Source: a virus (Duplodnaviria; Caudoviricetes). From it: a stretch of DNA of 41,726 bases. Position 1 is the first letter of the stretch, and each line of letters opens with the position of its first letter. The notes under the pieces are model-generated. The model did not search any database. It was not told the origin of the DNA and saw nothing but the letters and a program-made list of their open reading frames with translations. The DNA lies in IMG/VR virus record IMGVR_UViG_3300030037_000001, positions 1-41,726 of that record; one strand, given 5' to 3'. Below, piece by piece: positions 10,261-18,162 of this stretch. Made by a program: the position numbers and the translations under genes.

Positions 10261-11227
10261 AGGAAAACCTCTAGTATAACTACTAGTTAAGACTAGATGT
10301 TAACTAATGGTCTAACCAAGTGTTTAACTACGTGTTAAACCCCATGGCTCATTAGGTCTAGAGTCGAGCAGTCCAACCTCTTGTATCATGTCCAACCAAG
10401 CGTACTACGATGACCGATAGGGAATCTAACTAGGGAGGTATAGACAAGTGGTTTATTACCGATAGGGTGTTAAGACCACCAGTTAAGATAGACCCTGTGT
10501 TTCAACCAGCAGTCATACCTAAGGTTTTATCCTTGTGTGTATGTGTGTGTGTTATGTGTTTTACTTAGTGTAAGACTGTTGGTTAAAACCTAGGGTTGCC
10601 CTTATAAAAATGTTAGAAAAATATGTCACCTCTATATATATATAACGTACACCGTCATTCCCCCCCTTGGTCTACCTTATATGCAACCATTCGTATAACC
10701 AGATGTTAACCCCCAGTCAACCCATGTTCCAATGTATGTTATAACCAATGAAGCCATTCTGGCGAATGACAGGGTCAGACAACTGGTTTACTTAATGTTT
10801 TAATTGCATGCAACAAACACTGGGTCTAACCAATGGTTCAAACCTCATGTTATAACACATGTTAAATGCTCGACTGTCAACATGAAGGCTCACTTGGTGT
10901 CTAACCTCTGGTTAACGATGTGTTACCTCTGGTTACTTGTGGTCGTACGCAGTACGATGTGGTTAAACTACTGGTTATGTCACTTGTGTCACTTCTTGTT
11001 TAACCATTGGTTAGCTGCCTCTTTTTTCATCTTATGTTCACATTATGAATTAAACCAATGGTTCAACACTAGGCTCAACTACATGTCTACCTGTAATACT
11101 GGTTAAACATAAGGTAACACCTTGTTTAACACGCTGTAGAGGCCCTAGGATTGGACTAATGGTTATCACGAGGTAGTAACACCATGTTTAACAATAGGTA
11201 GGGCTTAGGGCTTCAAAAAGAAATATG

Positions 11228-11289
11228 AATAAACTTTCAACTTTCTTTAGCATTAGGGTTTGCAATAACATTTTAACCATGTATAGTAT
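11228..11289 (+). promoter_or_regulatory. Host sigma70-type early promoter 1 with conserved upstream element
   Basis: AATAAACTTTCAACTTTCTTT, then TTGCAA (11260) ... TATAGT/TAGTAT. Confidence 0.6.
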
Positions 11290-11354
11290 AAATATCAACA
11301 ACCTAAACTAACCAAGGAAGTGAATTAAATAAACTAGAAGGAGGTTCAAACACC

Positions 11355-11468
11355 ATGACTTACTCACTATCACCATGTCACAAGAGGTTCAACCAAGCGC
11401 ACACAGCACTACAGTTCAGACCAGCAGTACACTACACAGTCAAGACCGCACGTAAACTAACTAAGTAA
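11355..11468 (+). CDS. Small early hypothetical protein (37 aa)
   Basis: Strong RBS GGAGG; MTYSLSPCHKRFNQAH...KLTK. Confidence 0.5.
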   Translation: MTYSLSPCHKRFNQAHTALQFRPAVHYTVKTARKLTK

Positions 11469-11480
11469 AGGATTGAGACA

Positions 11481-11945
11481 ATGAGAGAAATAATTAACAC
11501 ACCTAATGAAAACATCGACGCACATCATATCCTAGCAAGGGCCATCAACGCATGGGATATCAACGCAGGAGATATTAACGCAAGGGCCATCAACGCATGG
11601 GATATCAACGCAGGAGATATTAACGCATGGGATATCAACGCATGGGATATCAACGCAGGAGATATTAACGCATGGGATATCAACGCATGGGATATCAACG
11701 CAGGAGATATTAACGCATGGGATATCAACGCAGGAGATATTAACGCATGGGATATCAACGCAGGAGATATTAACGCAGGAGATATTAACGCATGGGATAT
11801 CAACGCAGGAGATATTAACGCATGGGATATCAACGCAGGAGATATTAACGCAGGAGATATTAACGCGGATAGAATCACATGCAAGTCCTTGCAGTGCACA
11901 AACAGGCAGGAATTGATTGACGATGGTACGGTCACATTTACTTAA
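11481..11945 (+). CDS. Early pentapeptide-repeat protein (INAWD/INAGD), probable beta-solenoid
   Basis: 23 five-residue units; RBS AAGGA. Confidence 0.75.
   Translation: MREIINTPNENIDAHHILARAINAWDINAGDINARAINAWDINAGDINAWDINAWDINAGDINAWDINAWDINAGDINAWDINAGDINAWDINAGDINAGDINAWDINAGDINAWDINAGDINAGDINADRITCKSLQCTNRQELIDDGTVTFT
11529..11873 (+). repeat. 15-bp coding tandem repeat, 23 units
   Basis: AACGCA-TGGGATATC (10 copies), AACGCA-GGAGATATT (10 copies), plus 3 degenerate units. Confidence 0.95.
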
Positions 11946-11963
11946 TAAAAAGATGTATTATAT

Positions 11964-12023
11964 AATAAACTTTCAACTTTCTTTCCTAAACCATTTGTAA
12001 CATCCCGTTTAACATAGTATTAT
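11964..12023 (+). promoter_or_regulatory. Host sigma70-type early promoter 2
   Basis: Same upstream element; TTGTAA-17 nt-TATTAT. Confidence 0.7.
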
Positions 12024-12058
12024 AAGTAATACCAACTAACCAAACAAGGAGTCACACC

Positions 12059-12280
12059 ATGTCCACCAATACCACGTCACGCCCAACAGTCGTAGTTATC
12101 TCAAAGTATGAGGCATTAGGCACGTATCCTGTAGTACTAAGAGGGTTTACCCGTGAGACTACAAAATATAGAGTTGATTATGGTTGTCAAGAGCAGTGCC
12201 ACGACCTATTAACAGAGGCCATGGAACACTTCATGGAATGCGTACACCATGCTAATACAAGTGTTGGACTAGTAGACTAG
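12059..12280 (+). CDS. Early hypothetical protein
   Basis: 73 aa, RBS AAGGAG. Confidence 0.7.
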   Translation: MSTNTTSRPTVVVISKYEALGTYPVVLRGFTRETTKYRVDYGCQEQCHDLLTEAMEHFMECVHHANTSVGLVD

Positions 12281-12288
12281 TACTAATA

Positions 12289-12348
12289 AATAAACTTTAA
12301 ACTTTCTTTCATAAACCATTTGTAACATCCCGTTTAACACTGTAATAG
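12289..12348 (+). promoter_or_regulatory. Host sigma70-type early promoter 3
   Basis: Near-duplicate of 11964-12023; TTGTAA-17 nt-TAATAG. Confidence 0.6.
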
Positions 12349-12386
12349 TAAGTATTACACACTAACCAAACAAGGAGTTTAACACC

Positions 12387-12464
12387 ATGAATAACCAATA
12401 CACAACTACAACTGATGACCACGATTACACTTTAGAAGAACTTAACGAATTACTAGGAGCTTAG
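12387..12464 (+). CDS. 25-aa acidic micro-protein
   Basis: RBS AAGGAG; MNNQYTTTTDDHDYTLEELNELLGA. Confidence 0.5.
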   Translation: MNNQYTTTTDDHDYTLEELNELLGA

Positions 12465-12468
12465 CACC

Positions 12469-12624
12469 ATGAGTAACCCTAATTTGAACGGAATACAAGT
12501 ATCTTACCTATTATTAATGTTACGCAGCAAGCAGGATGATCTACCACATGATGACGACTATAATTCAGAGTACGATATAATACAGTTAATGATTGATAAA
12601 CTATCAGCATCAAGAGGAGCTTAA
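12469..12624 (+). CDS. 51-aa early hypothetical protein
   Basis: RBS AGGAG; MSNPNLNGIQ...SASRGA; fills the gap exactly. Confidence 0.6.
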   Translation: MSNPNLNGIQVSYLLLMLRSKQDDLPHDDDYNSEYDIIQLMIDKLSASRGA

Positions 12625-12628
12625 TACT

Positions 12629-12874
12629 ATGTCACAACGTATAACAACCAAACAATTAGATGCCCATATCGACACACTCAATAACATGACCAAGGGTCAA
12701 CGAGATGGTACATGGGAGTTTGATAGATGTTCAGCCAATGGTGGCCACCTGTTAGTCAAGAAGTTCTTCAAGCATGGTGCTGAAAGTCACGTAACGTATG
12801 AAAGAGAGTCTCCACGTATAGTACTAAACACAGTCAACGCAATCATTAACACAATACAATCACTAGGAGTTTAA
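12629..12874 (+). CDS. Early hypothetical protein (MSQRITTKQL...)
   Basis: ATG at 12629 with GAGGAG RBS preferred over TTG at 12593. Confidence 0.7.
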   Translation: MSQRITTKQLDAHIDTLNNMTKGQRDGTWEFDRCSANGGHLLVKKFFKHGAESHVTYERESPRIVLNTVNAIINTIQSLGV

Positions 12875-12876
12875 CC

Positions 12877-13080
12877 ATGAATACTAATATTAAAAGAGAA
12901 GATCTAGTTAAGGCATGGGACGAAGCTTATAGGGTACATGACGAAGCTTATGGGTTATATAACGAAGCTCATAGGGCATGTGGCGAAGCTTACGGGTTAT
13001 ATAACGAAGCTCATAGGGCATGTGGCGAAGCTGGTAGGGCATTGATAGATTTTGACAACCTAAACAGACAAGGAGTTTAA
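12877..13080 (+). CDS. Early heptad-repeat helical protein
   Basis: xEA(Y/H)xxx heptads, including a 42-bp duplication; RBS AGGAG. Confidence 0.7.
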   Translation: MNTNIKREDLVKAWDEAYRVHDEAYGLYNEAHRACGEAYGLYNEAHRACGEAGRALIDFDNLNRQGV

Positions 13081-13082
13081 CC

Positions 13083-13271
13083 ATGAGTATAATTAAGGAT
13101 GAACAGAGGTACTATACGTTAGTGCGTCTGATGCGAATTAAGTGTAGACGAGTAGTAGAATATACTGAAAGTATGGAGGCATCGGGTAATACCACGGGAT
13201 ACAGTAAGTTAATAAACAAAGCTATTGAAGATATTCAACGATTAAAGGAGGTTTTAAACCATGAGTTCTAA
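13083..13271 (+). CDS. Early hypothetical protein
   Basis: 62 aa, RBS AGGAG. Confidence 0.65.
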   Translation: MSIIKDEQRYYTLVRLMRIKCRRVVEYTESMEASGNTTGYSKLINKAIEDIQRLKEVLNHEF

Positions 13272-13533
13272 ACTATCAGGCATCCAAGCACAACACGAAG
13301 CGAGAGAGCCCGACTACGTACACATGACAGACGCAGAGTCATTACATGAGGACATAAGCACGGTAGCCAATGAGGTAGTAAATGCTTTACGCACTTTGAA
13401 ACGTAGGGTTAACACCTTGCATGAACTAACTGAGGACACACGGTATGAGGAGGTATTCAATTACACCATGTATCAGCTCGATACAGACACTGCACAAGAT
13501 GAACTTGAACTATTCCTAGGGGTTGACTCATGA
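13261..13533 (+). CDS. Early acidic helical hypothetical protein
   Basis: 90 aa, RBS GGAGG. Confidence 0.7.
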   Translation: MSSKLSGIQAQHEAREPDYVHMTDAESLHEDISTVANEVVNALRTLKRRVNTLHELTEDTRYEEVFNYTMYQLDTDTAQDELELFLGVDS

Positions 13534-13694
13534 TACGACTTAAAGCCTGCGGTCTCATAGTACTAACAACCCTACTATATCCTATCAAAGCCTTACATCT
13601 ACATTTATTAGGTAGGGGGTGTTACACACAGTATGATCTCAAGTGGGATACGTATGATACAATCAAATATAACCTAACCTTAATTAAGAGGTAA
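13530..13694 (+). CDS. 54-aa hypothetical protein
   Basis: ATGA overlap with previous stop; MIRLKACGLIVLTTLL... Confidence 0.5.
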   Translation: MIRLKACGLIVLTTLLYPIKALHLHLLGRGCYTQYDLKWDTYDTIKYNLTLIKR

Positions 13695-13698
13695 TACA

Positions 13699-13920
13699 AT
13701 GATACGAAACTACACGTTCACATGCACAGTAAAGGCTGTCAACTCTGACTATCAACATAAGGCCTCTGGGCACCTCTCGTTTGACTACGAGACCACAGGG
13801 CAGTACACTTCTGGGTACAAGGTGCATAAGGCTATCAAGGAGAGGCTCAAGGTAAACCACTGGATGCCAAAGGCTTACACCTTAAGTGAAATAAAGTTAA
13901 TGAATAGAGTAGAGATATAA
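13699..13920 (+). CDS. Early hypothetical protein
   Basis: 73 aa, RBS GAGG. Confidence 0.65.
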   Translation: MIRNYTFTCTVKAVNSDYQHKASGHLSFDYETTGQYTSGYKVHKAIKERLKVNHWMPKAYTLSEIKLMNRVEI

Positions 13921-13922
13921 TC

Positions 13923-14018
13923 ATGCGTAATAGCACATTGGGTAGACTAGTTTTAGGCATCATGTTGGCTATAAGTTTCCCATTAGTATTCTTATTAGTT
14001 ACATTATTTTCAAAATAA
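13923..14018 (+). CDS. 31-aa single-TM micro-protein
   Basis: MRNSTLGRLVLGIMLAISFPLVFLLVTLFSK. Confidence 0.45.
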   Translation: MRNSTLGRLVLGIMLAISFPLVFLLVTLFSK

Positions 14019-14163
14019 GTAAACAACACAGCTTGCACGTAGAGTGCAGTGAGGTTAACAAATAACTAAATAAAGATGTAAAGACGACTTGTAACGGAGC
14101 GAGTTAGCGTTACTTTAATACAGATCGATAACTAAACCATAAACACAAAGAGAGAGATAAATT

Positions 14164-14742
14164 ATGACTGAATACAATGTAGAAGTATACAGAAATAGAA
14201 CAGTATGGAAAAACAAAGCTGGCAAGCGCCATCGCTTAGATGGCCCCGCGATTGAGAGGTCAGACGGGTATAAAGTATGGTTTGTAGAAGGCAAGCGCCA
14301 TCGCTTAGACGGCCCCGCGGTTGAAGAAGGGGACGGCTCTAAAGTATGGTATGTAGAAGGCAAGCTCCACCGCTTAGATGGCCCCGCGATTGAAGAAGTG
14401 GATGGATATGGAGCATGGTACGTAGAAGGCAAGCGCCATCGTTTAGACGGCCCCGCGATTGAGTGGGCAGACGGCTATGGATCATGGTACGTAGAAGGCA
14501 AGCGTCATCGTTTAGACGGCCCCGCGATTGAGTGGGCAGACGGTTATACAGCATGGTACGTAGAGGACAAGCGCCATCGTTTAGACGGCCCCGCGATTGA
14601 GAGGTCAGACGGTTATAAAGCATGGTACGTAGAAGGCGAGGAACTAACTGAGCAAGAATTTAATAATACTGATAAGACTAAAGAAATGACGGTAGCAGAA
14701 AGCGAGAAGGCTTTAGGGTATTCAGTAAAAATAACTAAATAA
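14164..14742 (+). CDS. HRxDGPA-repeat (MORN-like beta-hairpin) protein
   Basis: Six 23-aa repeats GKRHRLDGPAIExxDGYxxWYVE; C-terminal EMTVAESEKALGYSVKI. Confidence 0.85.
   Translation: MTEYNVEVYRNRTVWKNKAGKRHRLDGPAIERSDGYKVWFVEGKRHRLDGPAVEEGDGSKVWYVEGKLHRLDGPAIEEVDGYGAWYVEGKRHRLDGPAIEWADGYGSWYVEGKRHRLDGPAIEWADGYTAWYVEDKRHRLDGPAIERSDGYKAWYVEGEELTEQEFNNTDKTKEMTVAESEKALGYSVKITK
14221..14634 (+). repeat. 69-bp coding tandem repeat, 6 units
   Basis: Units start at 14221, 14290, 14359, 14428, 14497 and 14566. Confidence 0.95.
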
Positions 14743-14827
14743 AGTTTCTTAACATCGAGGCTTACATTACTGTAAAAAAGGGGTGTAAGTTTATGTATTA
14801 ACTAATTATAAACAAAGGGTTTTAACC

Positions 14828-17305
14828 ATGGCTACACTATTCGATCAAGTACAGTTTGAGGACAAGTGTCACGAAGATGCATTCAAAGGTACTGACCACC
14901 TGTCACGCTCAGTACACACACAGTTAATACCTGCCTTCATCGAGCAGTATGACGCATGGCTAAACACTAAATCAGCAGGTAAAGCGGGTAAACTGCGTGG
15001 AATCATGAGAGAAGCTGTTACACCTAAGGCTCTCATTGCCTCCAACATGCTCAAGACTGTATTCGAATTAGAAGGCCAAGAGGTCAGCACATTAGTACAC
15101 AAGTTAACTAAATGCTTCATGGTCGAGGAAGAGTATCAAGATAGTATGCAGGCCATTCAGAAAGGTAACAATAAGAAGATGGCTGACCGTGTAGCCTTCC
15201 AGATGCAGAACAAGCCCACACATGCCAGCCGTATGGAGCACCTACAAAAGACACGCTCTAGACTTACTAATATTGGTGAGTTCGACAAGAAGCTTTATGC
15301 AGGTGTTGGAGCCTTAATGCTTGACATTGCATCATCTATACAGGTATACACTCAAGGTGTTACCTTCAATGTATTCTTAATGGAAGCCCCATTCAAGGAA
15401 TATAACAGCCAGAACCGCCCACGTACATCGAGACGAGTGGTTTTCACTGCTGACTTCAACAAGTGGTTTGGCCTTAAAGTACATAACGTACAAGCCTCGG
15501 CGTTCAGCCTCAAGCCTACACTAATCAAGCCTAACAAGTGGGAAGACTTAGTAGGTGGCGGTTACTACTCACAACGTGGTAATCTACACTGGCAGTTCAT
15601 CCGTAATGCTGACCTCAGATTGTACAAAGCTTCGGACGTACCTGCTGAACTCTATGAGGCGGTCAACGCTATACAAGAAACGCCTTGGAAGATCAATAGT
15701 AAGGTCTTATCTATAATGAACTGGTGTTTAGAAAATAACTTCCCTATGGGTGGCTTAACGTGCCTTGACACTAAGATAGGTAAGAAGGAAAGACGTGACG
15801 TTTTACGTAATCGTATACCTAAAGATGAGTGGGACTTACTCACACTTGAAGATCGTATCAAGTTCACTAAAGAACGGGATGCTAAAACTATCGACACTGC
15901 CCGTCAAGAGTCTAAGTACGACAAGGTAAAGAGCCAAGTTGCTATGGCTCAAGAGTTCTCTAAATATAACGAGGTGTTCTTCCCTCACGCTGTAGACTTT
16001 CGCGGTCGTATATACCCTATACCTTGTGCTGTTAACCCACAGGCTGACAAGATAGGTCAAGCTTTACTACAGTTGGCACATGGTGAAGCATTAGGAGAAG
16101 ATGGTCGTTTCTTCCTAGCTGTACAGGGTGCTAATACATTTGGTAATGACAAAGTATCTTTCGAGGATCGTGTAGCCTTCATTGAAGGTAAGTCCGAAGA
16201 GATTAAAGAGATCGCCTTAAACCCCCTTAAAACTCGTGAAATATGGTCTACATGTAGTGAGCCTTGGGCTTACCTCTCGTTCTGCTTTGAGTGGGCTGAA
16301 ATGCTAGCTATGAGTGACCATACGAAATACGTGAGTCACACAGCAGTTAAACTTGACGCTACATGTAGTGGCCTACAGCATTACTCAGCTATGCTTCTCG
16401 ATCCTAAAGGTGCACTAGCTACAAACATTGGTAACAACTCAGATCGTCAAGATATCTACATCGAAGCCAAGGACGCAACCAAGGGTCTGATCTTTGATGA
16501 GCTCGTAAGTCTAACCGACCCAGTAGAAAAGAACTGGAAGCGTTCATTCATTGATACATTGACACGTAACGTAGCGAAAAACCCTTGTATGACACTGCCT
16601 TATGGTGTATCAACATTCGGTATAACTGATACACTTGTATTACTTGAACGTGATGGTGATTTCAAAGAGGCGTACATAGAGGAGGGTTCTAATGCTAAAG
16701 ACAAGTTGTTAAAGCTTAGATGGTTGGCTCAGCAGTTGGAGCAAGGTGTAGCTGACACAGTACCCTCAGCAGTTGATGCAATGGGTTGGTTGAAGGCCTG
16801 TGATAAGATCGTATGTAAATCACTACCGTCCAACGAGTACTATGAGTTCCCTAGCCCAATAGGTTTCATGGTAAAGCAAGCGAGACTTAAGGAGACCACC
16901 AAACGTTTCAAGAGTTACTTCGGTGACACTAAACTACGGGTTGACATGTCAGTTAGCGTAAAGTCTACAGACTACAATAAAGCTAAATCCAATACATCTA
17001 TATCTCCTAACTTCATCCACGCACAGGATGCAAGCCATTTGACTAACGTAGCACTCAGAGCTAAACGTGAGTTAGGCCTTAAGTCGTACAGCTTCATTCA
17101 TGACTCATTTGGTGTACATCCTAGTGAGACAGGTGCGTTCCTCAAGGTAATCAAGGAGGAGTTCCACCAACTCTACTCTGGTAACCGTCTAGTCGAGCTT
17201 AAGACATACTTAGAAGAGAGATACCACGTTGAGTTACCAGTTGCTCCAACACAGGGATCATTCGATATCAACACCGTCCTAGACTCTAAGTTTATCTTCA
17301 GCTAA
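14828..17305 (+). CDS. Single-subunit DNA-directed RNA polymerase (T7 gp1-like)
   Basis: DFRGRIY, DATCSGLQH, RNVAKNPCMTLPYG, PNFIHAQDASH and IHDSFG motifs. Confidence 0.98.
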   Translation: MATLFDQVQFEDKCHEDAFKGTDHLSRSVHTQLIPAFIEQYDAWLNTKSAGKAGKLRGIMREAVTPKALIASNMLKTVFELEGQEVSTLVHKLTKCFMVEEEYQDSMQAIQKGNNKKMADRVAFQMQNKPTHASRMEHLQKTRSRLTNIGEFDKKLYAGVGALMLDIASSIQVYTQGVTFNVFLMEAPFKEYNSQNRPRTSRRVVFTADFNKWFGLKVHNVQASAFSLKPTLIKPNKWEDLVGGGYYSQRGNLHWQFIRNADLRLYKASDVPAELYEAVNAIQETPWKINSKVLSIMNWCLENNFPMGGLTCLDTKIGKKERRDVLRNRIPKDEWDLLTLEDRIKFTKERDAKTIDTARQESKYDKVKSQVAMAQEFSKYNEVFFPHAVDFRGRIYPIPCAVNPQADKIGQALLQLAHGEALGEDGRFFLAVQGANTFGNDKVSFEDRVAFIEGKSEEIKEIALNPLKTREIWSTCSEPWAYLSFCFEWAEMLAMSDHTKYVSHTAVKLDATCSGLQHYSAMLLDPKGALATNIGNNSDRQDIYIEAKDATKGLIFDELVSLTDPVEKNWKRSFIDTLTRNVAKNPCMTLPYGVSTFGITDTLVLLERDGDFKEAYIEEGSNAKDKLLKLRWLAQQLEQGVADTVPSAVDAMGWLKACDKIVCKSLPSNEYYEFPSPIGFMVKQARLKETTKRFKSYFGDTKLRVDMSVSVKSTDYNKAKSNTSISPNFIHAQDASHLTNVALRAKRELGLKSYSFIHDSFGVHPSETGAFLKVIKEEFHQLYSGNRLVELKTYLEERYHVELPVAPTQGSFDINTVLDSKFIFS

Positions 17306-17318
17306 AACCTGTCGTTCT

Positions 17319-17356
17319 AGCCCCCTATGTCCTTAACTGGATGTGGGGGCTTTTTT
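17319..17356 (+). terminator. Intrinsic terminator after the RNAP gene (TE-like)
   Basis: AGCCCCC-TATGTCC / GGATGT-GGGGGCT stem followed by a T-run. Confidence 0.85.
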
Positions 17357-17477
17357 GTGTTTAGGTGTGTTATAACTCATGTTAATCTAACTATAACCTT
17401 TGTCGGAAAACATAATCCGCAATAAGTTATAGTAGGCTAAATACCACTCTTGTAAACCCTTAGCTACCAGCAGGTTA

Positions 17478-17497
17478 CGAATAGGGCGTAGCATAGA
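17478..17497 (+). promoter_or_regulatory. Phage RNAP promoter variant (class II-like)
   Basis: CGAATAGGGCGTAGCATAGA matches the other two copies at 17/20 positions; just after the RNAP terminator. Confidence 0.65.
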
Positions 17498-17499
17498 AT

Positions 17500-17750
17500 A
17501 GAACACACTCCAACAAAATGTGATTTTATATCCAGTAATAGCCAAGAGGTTTTACTGCTCGTCTCACTATAGGTTAAACCACATGTTTCACTGTATGCTA
17601 ACCTATCGCTAAAACATAAGATCTTATATATACATATAATATATATAAACAATAACATTAAGTTAAAACCAAGTGTCTACTCCGCAAGGATGTTAAAACC
17701 CTTGGTCTAAGAGATTAGTTTAATTTATACATTAATAATAAATAAAGAGG
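17500..17750. other. AT-rich region, candidate primary replication origin
   Basis: TATATATACATATAATATATATAAA tract downstream of a phage promoter after RNAP, as in the T7 origin layout (inference). Confidence 0.4.
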
Positions 17751-17758
17751 TAAACTCC

Positions 17759-17923
17759 ATGTTAGACCAATTAAATAAAGAAGTACAAGCCACCTTCCTA
17801 CGTAATGATGCAGTACAGGTAGTTAGAAGAGACCTACAGGTTGAACGTAAGGCTAAACACATCAAGGCACAGGAGGCTCACGCCTTCAATAATGCATTAT
17901 GTAAACGACTCATTAAATACTAA
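17759..17923 (+). CDS. 54-aa hypothetical protein
   Basis: RBS GAGG; MLDQLNKEVQ...KRLIKY; stop overlaps the next ATG (TAATG). Confidence 0.65.
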   Translation: MLDQLNKEVQATFLRNDAVQVVRRDLQVERKAKHIKAQEAHAFNNALCKRLIKY

Positions 17924-18069
17924 TGGGTATCATGATGGGATGTGATCCTTCGGGTCGTGGTACAGATGAGACATCATGGTGGTTAGTTGATACCATAACG
18001 GGTACAATATACATACTAGATTGTGCCTACTGTGTACCTAAGGAGAACCAGCATGTCACTACTAATTAA
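17923..18069 (+). CDS. 48-aa ORF containing a copy of the TerL nuclease motif
   Basis: MGIMMGCDPSGRGTDETSWWLVDTITGTIYILDCAYCVPKENQHVTTN; 17926-18024 matches terL 9452-9550 at 84/99 nt. Confidence 0.6.
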   Translation: MGIMMGCDPSGRGTDETSWWLVDTITGTIYILDCAYCVPKENQHVTTN

Positions 18070-18094
18070 AATCATCATTGAACACTATGTGTGA
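18053..18094 (+). pseudogene. Truncated duplicate of the 18163 gene start (MSLLIKIIIEHYV*)
   Basis: RBS and first 8 codons duplicated, 110 nt apart. Confidence 0.55.
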
Positions 18095-18162
18095 ACTATG
18101 TGTCACAGGATGTATACAATATAAATTAACTGGTGCTTATTGTGCACCTAGGGAGAAACAAA

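Larger units (their letters stand above)
10142..11350. other. Non-coding genome-end region (probable terminal repeat / concatemer junction)
   Basis: Lies between terL and early genes; GT-rich tract, (TA)n, C7 run near 10660, many AAC-N5-GTT motifs. Confidence 0.65.

Noticed and set aside
10804-11106. 100-aa ORF in the terminal region
   Set aside because: TTG start, no RBS, composition dictated by the AAC/GTT motif repeats
11529-11873. 15-bp array as a CRISPR array
   Set aside because: No unique spacers; units are contiguous, in-frame and coding
11525-11935. Minus-strand ORFs throughout (e.g. ALISP/ALISH repeat, 4232-4834, 40009-40521)
   Set aside because: Antisense shadows of + strand genes in a unidirectional genome; no motifs
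14221-14634. 69-bp repeats as a CRISPR array or DGR
   Set aside because: In-frame protein repeats with no spacers and no RT
17565-17572. CACTATAG as a fourth phage promoter
   Set aside because: Lacks the upstream CGAATAGGGCG specificity region
17926-18024. terL copy as a DGR template/variable repeat pair
   Set aside because: No reverse transcriptase in the genome, and mismatches are not restricted to adenines
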